Shown: piece after piece, positions 1 to 13,829 of the stretch
How positions within the stretch are numbered: position 1 is the stretch's first letter
How the letters are laid out: every line of letters begins with the position of its first letter
Assembly: GCA_012295275.1 (NCBI GenBank)
Contig: CM022677.1
Coordinates: 27,776,001 to 27,840,000, forward strand
Direction of reading: 5' to 3'
DNA from: Chrysomallon squamiferum
Taxonomy: Eukaryota; Animalia; Mollusca
Length of the DNA: 64,000 nucleotides
Position numbers and translations under genes: made by a program
The notes under the pieces: model-generated
Told to the model about the DNA's origin: nothing
Databases searched by the model: none
Seen by the model: the letters and a program-made list of their open reading frames with translations, nothing else

Positions 1-461
1 AATGCAAGAGGAGCTATGAAAAGTACAACAGAAAGTGAAGGTAGAGTTGTAGAAAAACAGAAAAAACAAAACGAAAAATCAATATTCAGAAATAATCAGT
101 CTTGGTCAGTTCCTTATTTTTACAGCATTTAGGCTGAAATGAAAACGTTTTAATACATTTATAATAATAATAATAATAATAATAATAATTATTATTATTA
201 TTGTTGTTGTTGTTGTTGTTGTAGTTGCGGTTATGATTATTAGTACTACAGCTTATTATTATTATTACTGTTATGTATTGTTATTGTCATTATTATTAAT
301 ACTTTATTATTATTGTTATTGTTATTATTGTTGTTATTATTATTATTATTATTATTGTTATTGTTATTAGTGTTGTTATTATTATTATTATTATTATTAT
401 TGTTATTATTATTATTGTTATTGTTATTAATACTTTATTATTATTATTATTATTATTATTG

Positions 462-496
<35 letters not shown>

Positions 497-663
497 TGAG
501 TAGTAAGTGCAATAGATGTCTAGCTGATTTGCACATAAAAACTAATTTGTTTGTTTACTTTTATTTATTTATAAATTAGAAGATGACAAGAAACCTCATC
601 ATTTTCGCAAGGCGAAATCTTACTGTAAGCAAGATGTTTTTAATAATAATAATAGTAGTAGTT

Positions 664-699
<36 letters not shown>

Positions 700-1300
700 A
701 TAATAATAATAATAGGAGTAGTAGCAGCAGAAGCAGCAGTAGTGGTAGTAGTAGTAATGATAATAATAGTAATAACAATAATAACAATGATAATATTAAA
801 AATACAGTTGCCGTAGTAGCATTAGCATTAGTAGCTGTAGTAGCAGTAGATATGGTAGTGGTAGTTGTGTTGGTGGTAGTTGTGGTGATTGTGGTAGTTG
901 TGGTGGTGGATGTAGTAGTTGGTGTTGGTGGTAGTGGTTGTGGTGATCACATCACAGTAAATATTTACCTAAGTACTAGTGATAGTAATAACAGCAACAG
1001 CTTCAACGACGATAGTAGTATCTGAACTAGTAGTTGTAGCAGTAGTAGTAGTACTAGTAGTAGTTGCAGAAGTAGCAGTAGTAGTAGTTGTGGTAGTAGT
1101 AGACCGAGAAGTAGTAGTAGTAATAGTAGCAGATTGAGCCGTAATACGAATATCGTTTTTGTTGTAGAAAGTAGTGATAATATGTAATAGAAATATTAAC
1201 ATGTTTCAGATGTAGTAATAGTGGATGTATTTGCAGTGTTGTTAGCAATCTATTATATACTGAAATATTTTATTATTTTAACCCTGCTTTTAATGTAAAG

Positions 1301-1345
1301 GTGGTCAGTCTCAAAACACAGATACAGAAGCACGGAGAAATAGAG
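1301..1345 (+). CDS. Possible 45-nt phase 1-1 exon (GGQSQNTDTEARRNR) of an unrelated plus-strand gene entering from the left edge
   Basis: taaag|GTGGT...AGAG|gtatta, open in phase 1; a donor-like GAAG|gtagag lies at position 40 and an acceptor-like ttatgaacag| at 1534. No recognisable domain. Confidence 0.25.
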
Positions 1346-1388
1346 GTATTACTATTTTTATTATTATCATTTATTATTATTATTATTA

Positions 1389-1455
<67 letters not shown>

Positions 1456-1572
1456 AAGTTGTTGTTATTGTTGTTGTTATTGTTATGTACTCAAATATTT
1501 TACTTCCTTACCCATTTTTTTTGTTTATGAACAGCTAACGCATCTGAAATGGTACCCACAGTAGCAATGCTA

Positions 1573-1719
1573 TACAATAGGAACTATGACAGATACAATA
1601 GGAGCTATGACACATACAATAGGAGCTATGACACATACAATAGGAACTATGACATTTACAATTGGAGCTATGACACATACAATAGGAACTATGACACTTA
1701 CAATTGGAGCTATGACACA
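1573..1719 (+). repeat. 21-bp tandem repeat, 7 units (tacaataggagctatgacaca), possibly coding (YNRSYDT)n
   Basis: Units are directly visible; they lie in ORF 1549-1734, which is open from the acceptor at 1534. Confidence 0.85.
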
Positions 1720-1770
1720 TACGATAGAAAATGAAGGTAGCGTTGTAGAATAATAATAATAATAATAATA

Positions 1771-1862
<92 letters not shown>

Positions 1863-1999
1863 CATCATTATTCGGAAATAATGACTGACTTGGCCAGTTT
1901 CTTATTTTTGCAACATTTACCATGAAATAAAAAATAAAAAAAGTTTTATTATTGTTATTGCTGTTGTTGTTGTTGCTGCTGCTGCTGCTGCTGTTGTTA

Positions 2000-2061
<62 letters not shown>

Positions 2062-2099
2062 GTTGTTTGTTTATTTTGTTGTTGTTGTTGTTGTTATTG

Positions 2100-2153
<54 letters not shown>

Positions 2154-3916
2154 TTATTATTATTTTTATTATTACTATAATAATGAATTTTCTGTTGATT
2201 AATTTCAGGTTAATTCGTGGTCTGACTGAACATTGAAGTGGACACTTTGTCCATTTCGTCCATTTAACTGTTTGATGTTGCTGACCCGCAGGAATGACCC
2301 TTACTTGAATTAAACTTGTTCAAATCTCGTGTTTTTCCTCTTTTTTTCTTTTTTCTTTTTTCTTTATTTCTTGTTTAATGTTCATATTTCGTATACGTGT
2401 CTGTGTGTGTGAACTATTAAGCTTTGCAGTTTCAGAGCTTCGTAGGATCTAATTTTCTTCCTTTCTTGATTTCATTGGAATTTTTCCTCTTTGGATTATG
2501 AAACAGTGTCTGTCTGATGATATCATATACGTTGTCGTAAATTTGACTGAAACAGAAATCTAAAGGATCCATTTCTTTAAGATATTTTTGTCCTGAAGGC
2601 TGTTATCGTTTGATAATTTATTTATAATTTGTTTGTTTTTTTGGTTTTACGTACGTAGTATGTGTGTTTGTATGTATGTGCGTACGTACGTACGTGTTTG
2701 CGTTCCTTTTCTCAGTTTATGTGAGATGAATAGAAAGATAGATTGATAGACAGAGGATCAGACAGACACCTAGATAGACAGAAAGACAGAAAGAGAGTGG
2801 ACACAAGAACGAAAAAAGAAAAATAAAGTGAGAATTACACACGTTGAATTAAACAAAAGGTACAACACATACACACATATATACATATATATATATACAC
2901 ACACATACATACATATATACATACACATATACACACATATATACATATATACATACACATATACACACATATATACATACATATACACACATATACACAT
3001 ACTTATATACATACATATATACATACATATATACATACACATACACACATATACAGACATATACACACATATATACATACATATACACATATATACACAC
3101 ATATACACACATATATACACACATATATACACATAGATGCACACAGATGTGACGTTTCTGCCAGACATTTTCTTAAAAAGGAGGAAACGATAACGAAATA
3201 ATGAAAATCAGTGTCATTTTAAAGATATTTTATTCCTTAGCATAATATATCTGAACACTCCAACCTTCCAGCAGATACACACAAGCTCGTTTTGAATGGG
3301 GTAGTGACCGTGTCGTGGTTGCCCCACCCCACGGGGAATTCAGGAAAAAAGAACAGACGCCCATTAGACCTGACCCCAAGTCATAGATTGTTCTAATGTT
3401 CCTTGTTAAAACATTCGTTTGTTCGGGGGTTTTTTGGATCAGAGAAATACGGTTGTCTTGGAAGAGAATGGTAAAAACCAGAGCACAGTCATCTTATAAG
3501 CAAGCAGTCAGCAAATGTCTCCTTTGGCAGTGTTCATGATGCAAGGATAAGAAATGTGATCCTTTACGTAGCTTACATCGAAATAGCCGAGGAGTGAAGC
3601 AGATCATCTGGGAAGTGAATAACTGATGTGATTCATAGCTTGTCCTCACCAGAGAGAGAGAGAGAGAGAGAGAGGAGAAGAAAACAAACGACCAACACAT
3701 GCAAAAAATAAACACGATTTATTTCAACTAAGATGATCTTCACAGGTTTACATCAATGAACAGTTAAATGAACGAAACTGAGAGTGTCCACTCCATCGAT
3801 CAATCAGTCCATTACAATGACCATCAGCAATACTCGATAATTAATCTGAAAATAATAAAATACGATAAAAATAATAACAACAACAACAACAATAATAATA
3901 ATAATACGATAATAAC

Positions 3917-3948
<32 letters not shown>

Positions 3949-4023
3949 AATAATAATAATAATAATAATAGCAACAACAACAATAAACATAATAATATAG
4001 ATTTTATATCATCCTGTATATAG

Positions 4024-4056
<33 letters not shown>

Positions 4057-4601
4057 TCTGTCACTGTCTATGTATTTGCATACTGGGACAGCTACAATCA
4101 CTACTACTACTATTACGATTATTACTACGACTACTACTGTTACGAACGCAAATACAACCACGTTTAAATGTACTAAGATGCTTACAGGTTTACTCAATGA
4201 ACATTAAATTACTACGAAACTACTGTCCACTCCATCTACTCAATCAGTCCATTGCAATGACCATTATTACTACTACGACTATTATTGAAACTAATAAAAT
4301 ACTATAAAACTACTACAACAACTAGTGCTAATATTATTATTACTACTTCTACTATTTGCTACTACTACTACTGATAATAACACTAAAACTACTACTACAG
4401 ATGGAATTTGATCATATGTTAATTTTAGTAGAAATTGCTTTCTGTATGTATGGAACAACAACTGTTGTAATGTTCAAGTCTTCTTATCTGTCTTAGCTTC
4501 CTTAGTTTTATTCATTCTTAAATGAAAAAACAGAAGAAAAAAAAAAAAAAAAAAAATCGTTTAGTTTTGTCTATGTGGTTCCGATTATAGTGGGATACAT
4601 A

Positions 4602-4644
<43 letters not shown>

Positions 4645-5214
4645 GTTACGACTACTACTACTACCACGTCTAAATGTACTGCTACTGCGGATATCACTAC
4701 TTCTACTATTACTACTATAACTAAAATTAGTACAACTAATACGTTATTACTACAGCTTCTGCTACTACTACTACTACTGCTAATATATTTACTAATGCTA
4801 CTAGCATTGGTAATTCGGTTCCACCAACTATTCCAGCTACTACTACTACTTACTCTACGACTACTACTACTATTAATATCTCTACTACTACTACTACTAC
4901 TACTACTATAACTATAACTATTACAAATATTGCTGCTGCTACTATAACAACAACAACTACTACTACTACTACGCTACTACTAATAATACCAATAAGATGG
5001 AATAACAACATTTGTTCTTTTAGTAGAAGACAGTTGTGATGATGATGATGAACGATGATGATTATGATGACGATGACGTGACGATGATGATGGTCTGACG
5101 ACGAGTTTTATGATGATGATCACCAAAATGAAAATGATGATCATGACGATGATTTGGAGATGACTGGTGGTTCCGATGATGATGATGATGATGATGATGA
5201 CAAGACTACTACTA

Positions 5215-5403
5215 CTACTACGACGGACAGGTTCTACTTACTACTACTACTTACGTGCACTTTCTTCAGGTGCACGCCCTCGCGGCGTCTTCGGGCATGC
5301 TACGTTCTACTAAACTAAAACATCGACAACTAAAACGATTACTACTACTTCTGCTTACTACTGGTCGTCGTAGGGTATATTTAACCCAGGGCTAGCCAGT
5401 CGC
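5215..5403 (-). pseudogene. Scrambled second copy of the gene D TSR-b exon, interleaved with (ACT)n
   Basis: gcag|GC GAC TGG start; shares cgacggacaggttc and tgcacgccctcgc...ttcgggcatgc with 5830-5905; no intact frame. Confidence 0.45.
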
Positions 5404-5829
5404 CTGCACGGTTCCAGTTCCATTCCAACAATGACGACGACAACAACTACTACGACTACTACTACTATTAATACCACTACTACTACTTTTACTACTATTG
5501 CTACTAGTAACAATAACAAGTGTTGTTGCTGCTGCTACTGCTGTAACAACAACAATTACTACTACTACTATTATTTTACTAATACTAATAATAATAATAA
5601 TAATAATGCTGATGAAGATAGTTATGATATTATGATGACTGATGACGATGACGATTGATGATGATGACTGATGATGACGATGATGATATTGATGACGACG
5701 ATGATGATGAGGAGGTTGATGACGATGATGATGATGATGATGATCACCATAATGACCATGATGATCATGACGATGACGATGGAGATGACGATGGTGATGA
5801 TGATGATGATGATGACAAGACGAACGTAC

Positions 5830-5984
5830 CCGACGGACAGGTTCCTTTGCACACTTCCCTGCACAAGTGTTGTTGCACGCCCTCGCTGCTGTTTCGGGCA
5901 TGCATTTCTGGTAACTACATCCACACTGAAACAGTGCTGCACACTGGTTGTCTAGGTGTAGTTCACCTAGTTGATGCCAGTCTC
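5830..5984 (-). CDS. Gene D exon 4: second TSR, frameshifted or corrupted in this sequence
   Basis: gcag|GA GAC TGG (GDW) start, ARAC..NTCAG internally, ends CKGTCPS G|gtacgt in another frame; 155 nt versus 162-165 nt in paralogues. Confidence 0.6.
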
Positions 5985-6374
5985 CTGCTATTACTATTAC
6001 ATTGCTACTAGCAATGACGACGACTACAAAACTGCTGCTGCTACTGCTGTTCCAACACCATTACTACTACTACTATTACTACTACTACTACTGCTACCAC
6101 TACTACCAATGTTGTTGCTGCTACTACCTGTTTCTACAATTATTACCACTACTACTACTACCACTACTACTACTGCTGCTGCTACTACTACTACGACTAT
6201 TATTTTAGTGCCAGTTCCACAAATGATTCTACTACTAACTTACTATTACCCAACAACTACTAGCTACTATTCTACTAATGCTGCTACTGCTATTACTATT
6301 ACTGTAACTATAATAATTACTGCTGTTTCCAGCTGTTGCTACAGTGAATTGTTCATAATTTACGCGTTCAAGTA

Positions 6375-6405
<31 letters not shown>

Positions 6406-6517
6406 CTACTCTACCAATATTTATATAATTAAAAATTAAAATTAAAATAAAATAAAAAAAAAAAAAAGAAAAAATCAAAGAAAAAAATAATCAATAATAA
6501 TTCTAAACTGAACTCAC

Positions 6518-6541
6518 CTTGAACAAACTTTGTGGGTTTTA
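6518..6541 (-). CDS. Gene D exon 3: 24-nt linker microexon (LKPTKFVQ-G)
   Basis: catgttttcag|TAAAACCCACAAAGTTTGTTCAAG|gtgagt; phase 1-1; same size and position as the microexons of genes C and E. Confidence 0.8.
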
Positions 6542-6622
6542 CTGAAAACATGAAGAAAATTCATCAGAAAAATATATGAACAACAACAACAACAACTACT
6601 ACTACTACTACTACTTCTACTT

Positions 6623-6667
<45 letters not shown>

Positions 6668-7030
6668 TTACTACTACTACTAGTATCAATACTATCTACT
6701 ACTCGTATCAATACTATCTACTACTACTACTATTACTACTATTACAACCACTACCTAAGCTATTATGAGCAATAACTATTATATCTACTACTACTATTAC
6801 AATTTCGTTCAGAGTATACTGCTTCTGTTACCATTACATCCATTCTCCTGATTCTATAGCTATTACAACTATTGCTAGTACTTCTCTTACTATTACAACT
6901 ACTGCTACTACATCTGTCGCAACTACTATAACAGCCACAAGAAGAACGACGACCGCTACTACTACTACTACTACTGCTACAACTACGGCCATGCGTTTCT
7001 TCGATTAAGCGATTCTTCGTTAACACTTAC

Positions 7031-7195
7031 GTGGGTTACAGTGACCCTTCTGGCACCACGTCAGAACGTCTTTGGCGATGTCTCCGAGGCAGCTGTCGTC
7101 GGTATTGCAGCTTCTTACAAGTGTTGTTCTTTGACGGCAATTCGCATAGCAATCTGAGGTGCCGTAAGGATGCCACGGTGACCAGCTACATTCAG
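7031..7195 (-). CDS. Gene D exon 2: TSR domain (AECSWSPWHPYGTSDCYANCRQRTTLVRSCNTDDSCLGDIAKDVLTWCQKGHCNP)
   Basis: gtgttccag| acceptor, |gtaagt donor, 165 nt phase 1-1, WxxW plus six-Cys TSR pattern. Confidence 0.9.
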
Positions 7196-7199
7196 CTGG

Positions 7200-7950
7200 A
7201 ACACAAAATAAGCTTAGGGAACTATGACACGTAATAAGCTTGAGCAACGTAATAGTTTCTGAACTATGAAAAAAGAAAGCTCAGGGAACGTAAAATAGTC
7301 TGAACTGTCAGGGAACGTATTAGTCTGAACTATGAAAACAAATAAGCTTAGGGAACGTAATAGTCTGAACTGTGACAACAGATGACTAAGCAACGTAATA
7401 GTCTGAACTGTGAAAACAGATAACCAACGTATTAGTCTGAACTATGAAAACAAATAAGCTTAGGGAACGGAACAGTCTGAACTATGACAACAGATAAACT
7501 TAAGCAACGTAATAGTCTGAAATATGAAAACAAATAAGCTTAGGGAACTATGAAAGCAGATAAACTTAAGAAGCAACATAATAGTCTGAACTATGACAAC
7601 AAATAAGCTTAGGGATCTATGACAACAGATAAGCTTAAGCTATGCGATTATGTTGACTAATAAAGATATAAGCTTAAGCTATGCGATTATGTGAACTAAT
7701 AAAGAGATAAGCTTAAGCTCTCTGAACTATGTAAAAAATAGACTTAAGCTCGGTCATAGTCTGAACTGCAAGACAGATAAGCTTGATGTAACAGCTGAAC
7801 TTGAATACAAGTATAAACAGATAAGCTTAACTGATGCGGTACTGTGAACTATAAAATAGATAAGATTAAGCTATGTGATAGTCTGTACTTAGGAAAATCA
7901 GGTAAGCTTAAGCTATTTCGTAGTCTGACCTATATAACAGACAAGCTTAA
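7200..7950. repeat. Degenerate ~40-bp minisatellite (aacgtaatagtctgaactatgaaaacaaataagcttaggg) abutting the gene D exon 2 acceptor
   Basis: Repeated tagtctgaactatg and ataagctta cores. Confidence 0.8.
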
Positions 7951-8265
7951 ACTATGTTATAAACAAAACAAAAAGAAAGAAAAGAAAATCCTGAAACTAA
8001 GTAAGAATGCAGTTAAGAGGTACAACAAACAAACAAACAAACAAACAAACAAACAAACAAAGCAAACAAGAAAACAAATAAACAAATACATAAATAAACG
8101 TATGAATGAATGAACGAACAAAAAATAAAAAATAGATAGACAGATAGGCAAATAAATAGATAAATAAAAATAAAATAAAATAAAATATTAAATAAATAAT
8201 AAATACATTAATTCATTAATTAATACATAAATAAATGACATCTAAATTACTTTGTGTGAACATAC

Positions 8266-8308
8266 CAATGGCGAGCATAGACAGAAAATTAATGATTATA
8301 GCCTTCAT
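8266..8308 (-). CDS. Gene D exon 1: signal peptide (MKAIIINFLSMLAI-A)
   Basis: ATG...ATT G|gtatgt; joins exon 2 to give MKAIIINFLSMLAIAEC-SWSPW; parallels exon 1 of gene C. Confidence 0.75.
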
Positions 8309-8668
8309 TTCGACAAATGCCATGTCAGTGTCTACAACATGCGCTAGCGAAAAGTAAAAATATTTTCCAATTTGTTTTCTGTATTACATTATAACTTTAT
8401 TACTGATACATAGGCCGAACATCACAGATTAAAAATATAAATTTTGTTTCTCGCTTAAAAAAATCATATTCACTTTTTTTTTTTTTTTGGTGTAAAAAGT
8501 TTTTTTATTTTAAAATGCTGATTTTGAAATGTTTGAGTCAAATACTATATGAGACTGCAGTATGTTTATACTAAACGACTCTGATCTAGTATATCGTTAT
8601 TATTATTAAAATTAATAGTAGTAGTAGTAGTTGTTGTTGTTAGAGTGGCAGTAGCAGTAATAGTAATA

Positions 8669-8765
<97 letters not shown>

Positions 8766-9188
8766 TTTCTTGTTATTAACTAGCTAATGACCTAAATGGT
8801 AATGTCACTGTGCTGTGTCACATAAAAATGGATAACATTTTTATTTCCTTCATTTTTATTTTATTTTATTTTATTTTTATTTTTTTATATTTTTTATTCG
8901 GTAGTATTTGCCGTTTCATTTATTTTAATTTACTAAAGTGTCATATTAATTCTGGACAATAAATAAATAAATAGATAGATAGATAGTTATATATATATAT
9001 ATATATATTAGATATATAGTTAAATAGATAGATTAGATAGATAGACACAGACACATTGATTGATAGATAGATAGATGAATAAATAAATAAATAAATAACC
9101 TAAATGTGAAAATGTTCGGCAATTTCTTTTTCTTCTACTTCTTTCTTCTTTTCTTGTTCTTGTTCTTGTTCTTCTTCTTCTTCTTCTT

Positions 9189-9219
<31 letters not shown>

Positions 9220-9678
9220 TTATTATTATTATTATTAGTAGTAGTATTGTAAGGGAAGTATTAGTATTATTTTGTCATGTCACACTCTCTGTCTCTCAGC
9301 GCGTGAAGAATACAAGATGTTTCTAAACACAATGTTAAATGGTACAGCAAATATGACATATCTGAGTTTCACAGCATATTTCAAATATGTTTGTGGAAAA
9401 AAAAAACCAAAAAAAAAAACCGTCGATTCCCGAACTTCAAAACGAAAGGCTGATTTAGTCCTCACCTAACCTAATAATGCTTTTCATCTCTTTTTGACTA
9501 GTAAAACTGCTAAATTAAATTTAAGTGTTTTTTTTTCTTATTATTTCTCTGTTAGTTTTTTTTCTTTCTTTTTTTTCTCAAGAAACGTCAGGAAACAGAT
9601 AAACACAAAGAAGAAAACAGCCAAGAAGACAGGTAACAATAGCAAGAACAACAACAACGACAAGAACAGCAACACAAA

Positions 9679-9717
<39 letters not shown>

Positions 9718-9902
9718 TTGATAATGACGATGATAATGATGATTACAACGAGGATGAAAACAACAACAACAACAATTCAAAAAACGGATACACAGGTAAA
9801 ATCAATACGTTATTTGTATTTATTATTCAAATTAACATATTATTACACTTTTCACTGTCATTTCAGCTGTTGTTTATATTTATTTGATATTTAACACCTG
9901 TG

Positions 9903-9916
9903 TTATGCCAGGTTTG
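9903..9916 (-). CDS. Gene E terminal coding exon (SNLA*)
   Basis: tattttctgtcacag|CA AAC CTG GCA TAA, followed by AATAAA about 20 nt downstream. Confidence 0.6.
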
Positions 9917-9993
9917 CTGTGACAGAAAATAGATATATATTAGAATAATAAGTAAAAAGCATCACATCACAAGATAAACAACAACAAAAATAC

Positions 9994-10053
<60 letters not shown>

Positions 10054-10106
10054 TAATAATAATAATAATGACAATAATAATAATAATAATAATAATAATG
10101 ATAACG

Positions 10107-10140
<34 letters not shown>

Positions 10141-10148
10141 CAACAACA

Positions 10149-10185
<37 letters not shown>

Positions 10186-10517
10186 TAATAACAACAACAA
10201 CATAATATGCATATCTATGTATTAATGCATAATCACTTGCTATATGCATAGCTTAACGTTCTATATGTGTTTGCATATAATTATCATACTTAATTATCAT
10301 ATTATCCGATACACGTGTCTACATGTGCATATTTGCTTGTGTGACGTGTGTATGTCTTTACGTGTGTGTTTATGTGTATGTGAGTGTGTGTGTGCATCTG
10401 ATGTTAACAGTTTCATGCATGAAAGATACGTCACTGAGCTGAAACGCGTAGATGAAGTACACTGTAATAAATCGTCCCCAGTGTCAGATTAATTTATATT
10501 ATATTAGAAACACGTAC

Positions 10518-10682
10518 ACAGTCGGCAGTTTCCGTTCGTGCATCGTTCGCGTGCGGTTTTGACGTACACGCCCGAACACGTCCTTCTACGTACGCAGTCT
10601 CGTCGATACGTCACGACTCTCAGCAGACAGTCGGCAGTACAGACTACGTCATACGACACTGGATGCCATGACTCCCAGTCGC
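10518..10682 (-). CDS. Gene E exon 4: TSR domain (GDWESWHPVSYDVVCTADCLLRVVTYRRDCVRRRTCSGVYVKTARERCTNGNCRL)
   Basis: gttgctag| acceptor, |gtacgt donor, 165 nt phase 1-1, complete TSR pattern. Confidence 0.88.
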
Positions 10683-10716
10683 CTAGCAACGTAGTTACTC
10701 AGAAAATATTATGTAT

Positions 10717-10757
<41 letters not shown>

Positions 10758-10806
10758 GGTTTATTAAGATTTCATTGGTTTAACAGCACCACCACCAACA
10801 ACAACA

Positions 10807-10866
<60 letters not shown>

Positions 10867-10889
10867 CAGAAGAAAGAAAGAAATCTCAC

Positions 10890-10913
10890 CAACACTCATT
10901 GGTTTAGAATTTT
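10890..10913 (-). CDS. Gene E exon 3: 24-nt linker microexon (ENSKPMSV-G)
   Basis: gattttttgcag|AAAATTCTAAACCAATGAGTGTTG|gtgaga; phase 1-1. Confidence 0.78.
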
Positions 10914-11749
10914 CTGCAAAAAATCAAATATACAGCAATTTTAAAATGTATGAAACAACACTACAACTATCAATACTATTACTATAGCAGTATGATGCTG
11001 CTACTGCTAATACAGCTGTTACTATTACTGTCATAACTCTACTATTACCACTACTATTACCATTACTGTTATTATTGCAGCTATCACCACAACTGCTATT
11101 ACTAATACTAATGAAACTACTACTACAGTATTAGTATTACTGCTAATGCTATTTCAACTATACTAATACTAAAACTACGACGACAACTTTTAGTACAACG
11201 ATTGCAACTACTTCAGCAATTACTGATGACTAATGTTGCATTTACTGTTGTTACTACTACTACTACAGCAACTAGTGCTGCTGCTACCACTACTACTGGA
11301 ACTGCTACTACAATTATTATATAACTAACGTTGAAACTACTACTACTATTATTATTACTGCTATTCCTATCACTATTACTAATTCCAAAATTACAACTAC
11401 TACTACAACAACTATTACTTCTGCTACTACTACTGCTGCTGCTACTACAATTATTATTATTATTATTACTTCTACTATTACTACCACTACTACTACCATC
11501 ACCACCGCCACTATTACTACTACCACTGCCACTATTACTACCACTACTACTACTACTACAACTACCACTACTACTACTACTACTACTATTACTACCACTA
11601 CTACCACCACCACCACCACCACTATTACTACTACCACTGCCACTATTACTAACGCTACTACTACTACTACTACTACACTGTTGGTGCTAGTATTACTGTC
11701 GCTGCAGCTTTAACTGTTACAGATGCAAACGACGTCAGCGACGTTCTAC

Positions 11750-11896
11750 CTGGATCACAGCGACCTTGGATGCATGGTTGCAGAACGGACTTGACGTCTG
11801 TCAGAAGACGGGTTCGAGAGTATTCTGCATTCCTGAAGCAGTCGGTACGACATTCTGACGAACGGACGAATTGTCACGGAGACCATTCACCTAGAA
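11750..11896 (-). pseudogene. Gene E exon 2: TSR with in-frame TGA and missing Cys3/Cys4 (VLGEWSP*QFVRSSECRTDCFRNAEYSRTRLLTDVKSVLQPCIQGRCDP)
   Basis: tgtgtttcag| and G|gtagaa; TGA at 11874-11876 occupies the second Trp of WxxW; 147 nt versus 165-171 nt in paralogues. Confidence 0.75.
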
Positions 11897-12597
11897 CTGA
11901 AACACAGTTTAGATAGTGTGTGTGTGTGCTTTATTTATTTAATATCTGTGTGTGTGACTGGGTGCGTGAGTGTGTTTGTGTGTCTGTATGCTTTATTTAT
12001 TTCTTGTGTGTGTGAGTGTGTGTGTGTGCGCTTTATTTATTTCTTGTGTGTGTGTGTGTGTGTATGCTTTATTTATTTCTTGTGTGTGAGTTTGTGTCTC
12101 TGTGTGTATATGCTTTATTTATTTAATATCTGTGTGTGTGACTGTGTGCGTGAGTGTGTGTGTGTGTTTGCTATATTTATTTCTTCTGTGTGTGTGAGTG
12201 TGTGTGTGAGTGTGTGTGTGCGCGTCTGTCTGGTCAGATTGTGTTTGTGTGATTTTTTTTATTGTTCTTGTTGTATGTGTGTTTTTTGTGTGTGTGTGTG
12301 TGTGTAATATCATATTTGTAGTTTGTGTGTGTGTGTGTGTGTGTTTCTGTCTGATATATTATATTTGTAAGTATGTGTGTGTGCCTGCTTTTGAGTGTGT
12401 ATGAGTATGTATGTGAGTGTGAGCGTACGTGTGTATGTATGTATGAGTGTTTTCTGAGTGTGTGTCTTTTGTGTGTGTGTGTGTCTCTCTGTGAGACACA
12501 GATGTTAGGTGTATTTGTGTGTGTGTTTGTGAATACATTGTGTGTCTGTACGTGTGGTTGTTATGTGTTACAACAACGTGAACTACGTCCTAAGTAC

Positions 12598-12643
12598 CCG
12601 TGCCTCCAGACAGCGTGCACAGAACCACAATCACACTTTCCAT
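12598..12643 (-). CDS. Gene E exon 1: signal peptide (MESVIVVLCTLSGGT-V)
   Basis: ATG...ACG G|gtactt, phase 1, joins exon 2 to give ...GGTVLG-EWSP. Confidence 0.6.
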
Positions 12644-12894
12644 TGAGAAATCATTCTTCTTTCACCAACTTTGAGCCTCGATTGAGAAAGCACAGACACA
12701 CACACACACGCACACACGCATACACACGCAAAAATATTCATGCATTTGTGACAGTTACTTTTTACTTCTTTATTAATTTTCAGTTTTAATTATTTTTCAT
12801 TATTTTTTTATTTATTTATTTTTTTCTTTTTCTTTTTCTTTTTTTCTTGGGGGGGGGTAAAACTTATATTGCACATCTGTTACAAATTCACTGA

Positions 12895-12998
<104 letters not shown>

Positions 12999-13009
12999 CA
13001 TTATTATCA

Positions 13010-13067
<58 letters not shown>

Positions 13068-13329
13068 CGTCATCATCATTATTATTATTATTTATTTTAT
13101 GTTTAACCTGATTATTATTTTATGTTTAACTTTTTTAAAGACTGAGAGAGAATCAGACAGACAGATAGAGATGATATAATACTTTCAGTAATCTAGATAT
13201 TCAGATGAAATGTATTTCAGTCTTATGAATAACCAGATGTGAATGACAGATTTTAATTTTCTTTTTTTTAAAGAATGTTTGATCGAGTTTATTTTTTGTC
13301 CTATGTCTGTATTTCTCTGTGTCTGTCTT

Positions 13330-13333
<4 letters not shown>

Positions 13334-13388
<55 letters not shown>

Positions 13389-13396
13389 CCTCCTCA

Positions 13397-13476
<80 letters not shown>

Positions 13477-13582
13477 CTGTATCTCTCTTTCTCTCTCTCT
13501 CTCTCGCTCTCTCTATCTCTCTCTCTGCCTCCCTCCCCCTCTCTCTCTCGCTCCCTCCCTCCCTCACACACACACACACACA

Positions 13583-13654
<72 letters not shown>

Positions 13655-13746
13655 CTCCTCTCTCTCTCTCTCTCGCTCTCTCTATCTCTCTCTCTGCCTC
13701 CCTCCCCTCTCTCTCTCTCCCTCCCTCCCTCACACACACACACACA

Positions 13747-13827
<81 letters not shown>
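13334..13827. repeat. (CT)n microsatellite tract with an internal duplicated unit
   Basis: Directly visible. Confidence 0.9.

Positions 13828-13829
<2 letters not shown>

Noticed and set aside
9466-9487. ATG AAA AGC ATT ATT AGG TTA G|gtgagg as first coding exon of gene D
   Set aside because: Too short for a signal peptide; 8308-8266 fits far better. It could still be a UTR exon donor.
11874-11876. TGA as selenocysteine or recoded Trp
   Set aside because: It aligns with Trp rather than Cys, I saw no SECIS, and all paralogues use TGG while TGA serves as a stop in the gene C model.
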